A DNA stretch of 39,213 nucleotides from a virus (taxonomy: Duplodnaviria; Caudoviricetes), in IMG/VR virus record IMGVR_UViG_3300025288_000047, positions 1 through 39,213 of that record, one strand, 5' to 3'. The position numbers and the translations under genes are program-made. Below, piece after piece: positions 19,529-27,600 of the stretch. Under the pieces are notes generated by a model that had not been told where the DNA came from, searched no databases, and saw only the letters and a program-made list of their open reading frames with translations. Positions within the stretch are counted from its first letter, which is position 1. Every line of letters starts with the position of its first letter.

Positions 19529-22500
19529 ATGGCTGCCAGCATCCGGAGTACCATTAGCCCGGTAGGCCACCCTATCACAGGTGTTCTACGGCCTACTGTC
19601 ACAGGCGCAAGCCGTGATGATCTGTATTTGGGCGATGTTGTCTCGGTAACAGCGGCCGTGGCTGCATCTACCTATTCCTGGTCCCTTGTCTATCGACCTC
19701 CAGGATCCTCGGCTGCTTTTTCGGGCAGTGTGGTTGCCCAAAGCCCTGGCACATTCACATTGGACGCGGAAGGCCCCTATCTTGTCCGTTTGATTGTGGA
19801 TTTGGGTCTTCCAACAGAGACTATGCAGTTTGTACGCCTGAGGTTCTTGACTCGCTTTGGTCGGTTGACGCTGATCGCAGCAGGCGAGCAGAGCAGTTCA
19901 ACAGTGCCTGTGCCTGTGGATCAATCATTAGATGGATGGGCAGACGAGCAGAATATCAACCTGTTGACCCTCAAGGGGTACATCGCATCAGTATCTACCT
20001 CAGGTAGGGTCTACTATGTGGACCAGAACCAATCCTCTACAGACACTGTGGAGGGTTATGGTGATTTTGATAGCATCCAAGCTGCAATTGATGCAGCCGC
20101 ACTGCAATCACCAACCTCTACAGAACCTTGGGTGGTTCTCATCCGACCCGGCACCTATGTCGAGGATCTTTCCTTTGTCGGAAATGTCCATGTGATGGGT
20201 TGGCCGGGAGATGGCTCTGGTTCAGATCTGAACCAGGCTGTGTCAGTTCGGAGTGTGTCTTCGAACCATAATGCCATATTGAACTCAGGGGAATCTCTAT
20301 TTCTTTCCAACCTAAGCTTTGACAGTAGCCTTGCTACCGTCACCCCTTTGCTTATGCAGTCGGGTTTAGGGGTGCTGGGGATCTATCGCTGTTCGCTCAA
20401 CGTTACAGGTGCGTTGTCCAACCAAGGGCCTGCTCTCCATGTGTCTGGCGGTTCAGCCCAAGCACAGGGCAGTAGGTTCTTGGTGAACGCCTCGGCGGGG
20501 GCAACGCAACCTTCGGTAAGCCTCACGGGTTTAGGTTCCACCCTAACCGTACAAGATTGTGACCTGACAGGACCTAGTGGCCTCTCCCTTGCGCAGGATA
20601 CCCTAGGGTCCCTTAGAGATGTGCGGATTACAGGTGCAGGGGTGGGTGTCTCTTATGCGGTACAAACGGAGGCAAGTAATCTGGAAGTAGACTACTGCAC
20701 TCTGAGGGCTCCTTTGGCCGCATACCCTCTTCAGGTCCATCCTTCCGCAGGGGTGCTGAATGGTGATGTCAGTTTATCGGTTCGATGGACTTTTGTGCAA
20801 GGTGGGCTCCTTTATGATATTACGGGAGTCACAGGCACAACAACATTGAACCTTGGGTCGTGTGAATACACTTCCCTTCTGTTTCCAGGTGGCGTTCCTT
20901 CCACTATGGTCTCCCAAGTGAAAGCCGCCACGCTGTTTTATGACAACTCTTCCTCAGGATTGGTGGCTGCAAATGTACAGGATGCTTTGGATGAGATTAA
21001 GGGTCTCGCTGTTGCAGTCCGCACCCTTGATGACGCCTATAACGGAGGTGTTGGTGCTGGTGCAGGTCGCACCATTCTAGCAGACTCTGGTGCAGTACAA
21101 ATTGTAGATGCCTCCTCCCCGTCAGAACCTGTCCCCGCTGGCAACACCAACGGTCGTCTACAGATCGTTGGCAATGTAGAGGTTGGCTCTCTTGGCAAGC
21201 CCGAGATCGACCTAGACCCCAACCCGTTTGGCCATGGCCCTACAATTAAACTAGGCCATTTGATTCAAGCAGGCAGTGCCCCCTTTGGTAGCACTGCCAC
21301 AGTGGCAGGACAATCTACTGGGGCACCCGAGTACAACAACTACAACCTCCGCTTCCACACGGAAAGTACGCGGTATGGTGGGTCTGTTGGTAGGGTTGTG
21401 GTACGGGGTGGTGATGCCCTAGCCAATGGGATTTCGACTCCTGTGCCCGGATCTGTGTTCCTACAAGCAGGTAGCGCCTTAGGGGGTTTAATTTCAGGTG
21501 GCTCACTGTACTTGAGCCCAGGGTCGAGTGTGGGAGGGTCCGAGGGCAGCCTCTACATAGGAAACCCTACAAGCATGACTCCTGCTACCCTGACCGCAGG
21601 GGGCCCCTTTGTAGGGGGTGTGTCCGGTACCATCCGTTTTGCTACGAACATGGGTGCTATCTCTGTAGATATTCTTGCTGGCGATTCCTTTGCAGGTGTG
21701 CAATCCAAGTTTGATGCTACAGGTCATGTGGTAGCATCCGATGTAGGAGGGGGTGTTCTTCGCCTCACATCTGTAGCCACGGGGCCAAATGCAGAGATCT
21801 TCTTCTTGAGTGATGACCAAGGGCTGGCTTTGGATACGGCTCTAGGTGTCTTCAGTGGTGTGGCACAGGTGAATGGGGCAATGACTTCCTTCATCCGTGT
21901 GGATGTGACCGCAGCCAATGAGGTTACATTTGGTGCAGGCGGTGCTGCAGGCCCAATGGTCTACAATGCGGATACGGGCAAGCTGACTGTCCCCGGCTTG
22001 ATCGACCCTACAGGTATGCAATTTGATGTCTCACCCCCCATAGTGACCCCTTCAACGAAGGGGTCCATTTTCGTGGGCGATGGCACAAGTGGCACAACCT
22101 TAGGGCATTTCTACTACCAGTACGAATCTGGAGCTATGCAGGACGTTTCCTCTGCGGTTATGGGTGCCTTGTCAGTGGCAGTGGAAGATGAAACTACCCC
22201 CTTGGGTGGTTTTACCACCCTTAATTTCACAGGTTCCGGCGTTGTTGCTACGGATGCTGGCAGTGGCCGTGTAAATGTTACCATTGCGGGTGGTGGTGGT
22301 GGATTGCTTGCAGGTGTGGCGCAAGATACGTTTAATGCCAGTGCCTTCACTGGGGGGACTCCATCCCAAATTTTGTTAGCCAGTACGCATGACACCACTG
22401 CTGCTTTGCAGGGGTTGGTCCTTCTTTTCCGGAATGGTGTTGCGGATATGACCAAGGTGTCTTGGGTACCCAACCTTTCAAATGAATTCCGCATCAATGG

Positions 22501-22573
22501 TCTCATTTTGGAAGTAGGCACCAACATTACGACTTCGGGTAACACCTATACCCTGATGTACCCAAAGATTTGA
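19529..22573 (+). CDS. Tailspike/fibre protein, 1014 aa; first ~490 aa paralogous to 17692..19482
   Basis: Shared PKD-like domain, VRLRFLTxFGxLxLxAAGE, GWAxEQNxNL, IRPGTYVEDL and YDxSSSGLxAxxVQxAxD motifs; Gly-rich fibre region; GGAGAGG SD. Confidence 0.75.
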   Translation: MAASIRSTISPVGHPITGVLRPTVTGASRDDLYLGDVVSVTAAVAASTYSWSLVYRPPGSSAAFSGSVVAQSPGTFTLDAEGPYLVRLIVDLGLPTETMQFVRLRFLTRFGRLTLIAAGEQSSSTVPVPVDQSLDGWADEQNINLLTLKGYIASVSTSGRVYYVDQNQSSTDTVEGYGDFDSIQAAIDAAALQSPTSTEPWVVLIRPGTYVEDLSFVGNVHVMGWPGDGSGSDLNQAVSVRSVSSNHNAILNSGESLFLSNLSFDSSLATVTPLLMQSGLGVLGIYRCSLNVTGALSNQGPALHVSGGSAQAQGSRFLVNASAGATQPSVSLTGLGSTLTVQDCDLTGPSGLSLAQDTLGSLRDVRITGAGVGVSYAVQTEASNLEVDYCTLRAPLAAYPLQVHPSAGVLNGDVSLSVRWTFVQGGLLYDITGVTGTTTLNLGSCEYTSLLFPGGVPSTMVSQVKAATLFYDNSSSGLVAANVQDALDEIKGLAVAVRTLDDAYNGGVGAGAGRTILADSGAVQIVDASSPSEPVPAGNTNGRLQIVGNVEVGSLGKPEIDLDPNPFGHGPTIKLGHLIQAGSAPFGSTATVAGQSTGAPEYNNYNLRFHTESTRYGGSVGRVVVRGGDALANGISTPVPGSVFLQAGSALGGLISGGSLYLSPGSSVGGSEGSLYIGNPTSMTPATLTAGGPFVGGVSGTIRFATNMGAISVDILAGDSFAGVQSKFDATGHVVASDVGGGVLRLTSVATGPNAEIFFLSDDQGLALDTALGVFSGVAQVNGAMTSFIRVDVTAANEVTFGAGGAAGPMVYNADTGKLTVPGLIDPTGMQFDVSPPIVTPSTKGSIFVGDGTSGTTLGHFYYQYESGAMQDVSSAVMGALSVAVEDETTPLGGFTTLNFTGSGVVATDAGSGRVNVTIAGGGGGLLAGVAQDTFNASAFTGGTPSQILLASTHDTTAALQGLVLLFRNGVADMTKVSWVPNLSNEFRINGLILEVGTNITTSGNTYTLMYPKI

Positions 22574-22602
22574 TAATGAACCTATGAACCTACACCATCA
22601 GG
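22572..22602 (+). promoter_or_regulatory. Degenerate copy of conserved upstream motif
   Basis: GAT-aatgaa-CCTAT-N13-CAGG. Confidence 0.45.
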
Positions 22603-22642
22603 TGGTTGGTTGTAAACCACTGTGGCATAGAGGGTCTCTCAA

Positions 22643-24070
22643 ATGACAATTTCATTTACCCAGCTCCGCATTGATGGTTCTTTACCCGGTCTTGAGGAGG
22701 GTTCTGGAGGGACCCTCAAGGTCAAGCCAGCTACAGGCATCTCTATTTCTGCCTCCGGTGTGGGTATTGACAGCGCATCTGCCCTTACCTTTGGTGCGAA
22801 CTCGGTATGGACGTTTCCCAACGGCGTTACTGGTAAGGGTCTTTCTGTCACAGGCACTCCTGTAGATGCCAACCATGCGGTTAATAAAACCTATGTGGAC
22901 AGCCTGGTCACAGGCCTCCAGTGGCGTCAACCTGTGGAAGTTCCGGGGCTAGTTGGAAATGCCACGGTGACAGTGCTGAATGGACTTACCCCCGCAGCAG
23001 GGGATGCTTATGTTGCGACAGCAGCGGGCACCCCAACCGCAGGCACTTCGGACACTCTTGCTATTGGTGACATTGCAGAGTTTGATGGCACCAGCTGGAA
23101 GAAGATTGTTGCAGGTGCTGGTGGGTTTGTAGCGGCTGGCACTCGTGTGATTCTTTCCACAACGACCGCGCTTATCACCCCGTACACTGCAGCTCAAGAC
23201 GAGGGCATGATCGTGTCCTTCACCGGGGCCACCAATACTGGTGGAGACACTGGTGACTCTTTGGACGGTTCAGCTGTCATCGTTAAGGGCGATGCTTCGT
23301 ACTCCGCGAATGCGGGTCTGGTGTTTGACGGTGTTGTACCTACAGGCTCTTGGATTCAATTCTCGGGTGCTGGCCAGATCAATGCTGGCGCGGGTCTAAC
23401 CAAGTCGGGCAATACTATCAATGTGGTGGCTACAGACAGCACTTTGACCGTAGCCGCAGATAGTGTTGGCGTTAATTTGGACACTGCACGAGCCATCACC
23501 CTTGGTGCTAGTGGTGTGGGTGTGAATGTGGAGGCGGCCTCCGCTGGGGCTGGTGGTCTCTCCATCGTAGGTAATGCGGTTCGTGTGGCTGTGGATACTA
23601 CAGGGGCTGCAAACCAGGCTTCGGTTGTTCGGCTTACAGCCAATGGCGTGTCGATTGGTGTAGACGACACCACCATCCAGAGTGATGGGGCTGGTGTAAC
23701 CGCAGTTCTTCGCATCAAGGACCTGGGTGTTACCACGGCGAAACTTGCGGACAATGCAGCCACACTTGCCAAGATCAATGTTACCTTCCATGAGGAAGAT
23801 TTTGCAGCCTCCAGCTTCGCCCTCTCTTCAGGAGAGTATGTGGTCACGCTTGCAGCCGCACCTTTGACTGGAGCACAGTCGGATTGGTTCTGTGAATGCT
23901 ACCGCAACGGTTTGGCTGACATGACCAACACGGGGTCAGGCACGGCTGCTGCGTCCGGAACTGAATTCCGTGTGGTGAACACTACTGGCACAGGCACTCT
24001 GCGAATTGGTGCTGACATCACGGCTACCGGGCATCTGTTTAGGGTTCGCTACTTGTCCGCAACCGTCTAA
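22643..24070 (+). CDS. Tail fibre-like protein, 475 aa
   Basis: DANHAVNKTYVDSLVTGLQWRQPV, WIQFSGAGQINAGAGLTKSGNTINV and IKDLGVTTAKLADNA motifs are typical of phage fibre shafts. Confidence 0.75.
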   Translation: MTISFTQLRIDGSLPGLEEGSGGTLKVKPATGISISASGVGIDSASALTFGANSVWTFPNGVTGKGLSVTGTPVDANHAVNKTYVDSLVTGLQWRQPVEVPGLVGNATVTVLNGLTPAAGDAYVATAAGTPTAGTSDTLAIGDIAEFDGTSWKKIVAGAGGFVAAGTRVILSTTTALITPYTAAQDEGMIVSFTGATNTGGDTGDSLDGSAVIVKGDASYSANAGLVFDGVVPTGSWIQFSGAGQINAGAGLTKSGNTINVVATDSTLTVAADSVGVNLDTARAITLGASGVGVNVEAASAGAGGLSIVGNAVRVAVDTTGAANQASVVRLTANGVSIGVDDTTIQSDGAGVTAVLRIKDLGVTTAKLADNAATLAKINVTFHEEDFAASSFALSSGEYVVTLAAAPLTGAQSDWFCECYRNGLADMTNTGSGTAAASGTEFRVVNTTGTGTLRIGADITATGHLFRVRYLSATV

Positions 24071-24073
24071 TAG

Positions 24074-24106
24074 GATAAACCCCAGATCAGAATCATGGGG
24101 TTTATC
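24074..24106. promoter_or_regulatory. 11-bp stem-loop between genes, covering the ribosome-binding region of 24108
   Basis: GATAAACCCCA / TGGGGTTTATC; ends 1 nt before ATG 24108. Confidence 0.6.
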
Positions 24107-24107
24107 T

Positions 24108-24560
24108 ATGTGGATTCAAGTACTGTTGCGACATGAGGGAAAGGGTTCGGTTAGTCTCCTGTGTGAGGAGATCCTTCCGGATCCTTTTTTTGCATCCAAA
24201 GTGGTACTCAAGAATATCCAAGGGCTAACGTGGCCAGTGTCAGGCCAATGGATGCAGGTCCAACAATGGTCCGTGGAGAAGTCCGCAATCCTTAGCTGGA
24301 TGGTAGGTCCTGTTGAGGATCAGCTGAGTATCACACGGGATATGCTTGTAAATGGTGGTTCAGTTGTGCCTTGGCCCGTGGGATCCTTGCCCAATGCAAC
24401 CTTTGGTCTTGAGTTTAAGCCTGAGGAGGAGTCAAACCCTGGGGGTTCTCTTGCCTCCGACTTGGGCCAGGAGTCGAGTCCCGAAGAAACTCAGATGCTT
24501 CCAGACACATCCGAGTTCTTTGATCCCTACTGGGATCTTCTTGACCGCGAGGAATGGTAG
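24108..24560 (+). CDS. Hypothetical protein (150 aa) with acidic C-terminal tail
   Basis: ATG 24108 avoids overlap with the upstream gene (track start 24006 overlaps it); fills the gap between two large genes. Confidence 0.65.
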   Translation: MWIQVLLRHEGKGSVSLLCEEILPDPFFASKVVLKNIQGLTWPVSGQWMQVQQWSVEKSAILSWMVGPVEDQLSITRDMLVNGGSVVPWPVGSLPNATFGLEFKPEEESNPGGSLASDLGQESSPEETQMLPDTSEFFDPYWDLLDREEW

Positions 24561-24566
24561 TCTACC

Positions 24567-24600
24567 CCTATTGATGCTATGAAGCCTAAGATGTAGGAGG
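24567..24600 (+). promoter_or_regulatory. Copy of conserved upstream motif merged with SD
   Basis: GCTAT-N13-TAGGAGG (a second CCTAT at 24567); lacks the upstream nGT; ATG at 24605. Confidence 0.5.
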
Positions 24601-24604
24601 CTGG

Positions 24605-27600
24605 ATGCCCGTCTATATCCCCACCCCCGCACCCGGTCTAGGCTATGGTGGTCCTGCATTATCGGCAAGTGGCACCATTACTTGCCTTGGGGTCATTAAC
24701 AATGATGCCGTAAGCATTGGTGCAATTACGTTGGTTGCAGGGGCCTCCCAAATGGAGGGGGGTCTTAATTTCAACCGTATAGGGACAGATGGGGAAGTCG
24801 CCCTTTCTCTAGCCGCTGCCATCAATGCCCCTGGCAATGGTCTGAGTATATTGGTTTCTGCTCTGGCTATTGCCAATGTGGTCTCTGTCATTGCCAAAGC
24901 TTCTGGGACCACAGGAAATGGGATTGCACTCTCCTCGAATAATGTAATCCGCCTTGCGGTATCAGGCTCAGGATTTCTTACGGGTGGGTATGGGGAGAGT
25001 GGTCAGTATGGCTACACCGCATATGGCAATGGCTTCTTCTCTCGCCCCCCTGTAGCGACTACCGGTGGGTTTGGTGGCGCTGAATATGGCTTTGGCTCTT
25101 TTGGTGCCCTAGACACAACACCACCTAGAGTGACAGGCTCGACCTCCATTGACGGGTACCACATTGAGCTGTTCTTCAGTGAGACAATGCTACTGGATGC
25201 GGCTCTATTAGACCCAGCCAGTTACACGTTAGTCCCCGTTCAAGGGGCACCCACAACCATTACAGGTGTGGGTGTGGGCACATCCGCTCCAGGTGGATGC
25301 ACATCCGTTGTCCTGACACATAGTGGCACTACAACGGGTGGGCGTTACCTTCTGGCTACCTCTGGATTGGTAGACATTGCAGGCAACCCTGTAGGACCAA
25401 ACCCCGCTAACAGCACCGCATGTATTACGCTGGGGGACACGGCCACTGTGCAAGTGGTCCCAGAATCTGGCACGTCAGTCCGTTTTGACTTCTTCCAGTC
25501 AGATGGGGTCACCCCACAACCAATGCTTCCTGAGGTGGAGTTCACCCCTGGTGTGCTTGACCCCACCAATTACAGCATCACCACCGACTACCCTCTTCAA
25601 TTAGCAGTAGGGTCTATCACCCATCCCTATGGTTCGGACTCTCAGGTGGGGTTGTCTGTATCCCAGATGACCTCTACGCTTTACACGGCAACCGTAGGGC
25701 CTTCCAATGTGGTGGTGTACACGGGCTCTGTTGTTCCTTCAGCTGAGGCTTCTTTTACAGGCACCGAGTTGGGTGTTGGAACTAGCACAGCCTCCTCCTC
25801 ATCCCATCTTTTGCTGTCTAAGACAATTGGTAATCTGTACGGTTGGCGCTTTGAGGATCTCTCTGGGAGAATGCTACCCGCTGCTTCTTTCCAGATGGAT
25901 TTCACCTTTGATACCACCACAGCTAGCTTCTCCCCTCCCCTTTATGATTCAGACCTGGGCACCTTAACCATCTCGGATGGTGCCACACAAGTAGACATCC
26001 TTTTCCGGCGTCTTTTTGGCGTCGATGTTGTCGACGTTGTGTCTGGGTCATTTTACCAACAGGTCCCTGCCAATTGGGGTGGATCTGCCACGACGGTACA
26101 ACTTCTTAGGAACCAGAAGGCTGGGGTTTATGCGGTTCTCCTGAATGGGGTGCCTGTAGTCTCCGCACCCATTGCTTCTTTCCTGGGTGCTCCAACAATT
26201 GCTCCAGGCGTGCAGTTCCTCCTGTCCGCCACCTACACAATCTCCACTTTGAAGGTGTTGGGGGTCAGTCTTACTGCAACCCAGACGATTTACACCTCTG
26301 CTTGGAATTTTCTCCACAGTGTGGGGGCTACCTTTACAGGGTCTGCATCCCTTGCTCGAGCTGCTATTCAGACAGCCTATGGGCCTCTGGTTAAGACTTG
26401 GGGTGACTCCACTCCTGCAACAAAACAGGATGTTGCCATTCGTGTGAATGGCACCCCTGTAGAAATTCAACGAGTTAACCCATATTCGGGTGTGATCTAT
26501 CCCACGATTCCCATCCCCTTGACTCCCCCTGGTACAAACACTGTGGAGGTGGATTATGCCTGGATGCGTAATCCCAGGCTTCCATTTGCAGGGCTGAATA
26601 CTCCAGGGCTAACCCTCAATTCTTGGTATGGGAAGGGGCGGACGACAACAAGCACCACCACCTCCCAAGGTGCAGCTAGGAGATCTCGGTTCCCGATGTC
26701 TCTGGCTCTTGTCTCCCGAACCAAAGCACCGCAACCTGTTCTGATTGGGCACCGCTACAGTGGATTCGAGGTGGCCTATTCAGCTTTGCTCAACTCCCCC
26801 ACCACTCTACGGTTGAATCAAAACCCCCATCGCATTGGGGTTCCAAGCCTTACCCATGCTGCTACACCTGTCTCCCTCGCCTTTGATGGGACAACCACCC
26901 CACCTCTTGCACCAGATGCCTGGGTTCTTGATGGGGTGGATGCAGGTGTGGTGGTGGGTGATGGAACCTATCAGTTGGTGGACAACTCCTCTGGCTCCTT
27001 TGGTGTTGGCACGGCAACGGTCTACTACAAGGCTGTAGATGTGCTCTCACAGCCATCCGCTGTGGAGGCTGTGGCAAGACTTCAGATTGAGAGCTACACC
27101 CCAGATGGTGTTTTCACAGGCGTGGCTTTCGGTGCAAGTGACAATCGCCACTTGCACCTTGCAGGCTTCTTGGAAGTCAATGGGGTGAAGCACATTGGTT
27201 TATTGACCGATGCTTCTCTCCCCCATCTAGCTTCTTCTTGGGAGATCGGTCCGTCCACACTGGCCACCGTGGTCAGTAGCAACGTCCTCACAATTTCTTC
27301 AACTAACTTGCCTAGCTTTGTCATTCCTGGGAGTAGGTTTCAGATCTTCTCTGGCAACCAAACCGGGGTTTATCAGATTGCTACCTGTGGTGTGGATGAC
27401 TACAATGGGTTGGCCACCCTCACCCTTAATTCCAATCTCCCTGCCGATTACACCCTGGAAGGGAATGACACCGCCACCCTCTATTTTGAAGTGCTTTGGG
27501 AAGCTTCCCTAACCACCTACCGGTTGATCACAGACACTGTGACCCATGTGGCTGTGCTTTACGTTGGAGGCACCCTACAGGGCGAAGCAGTCACAGCCCT

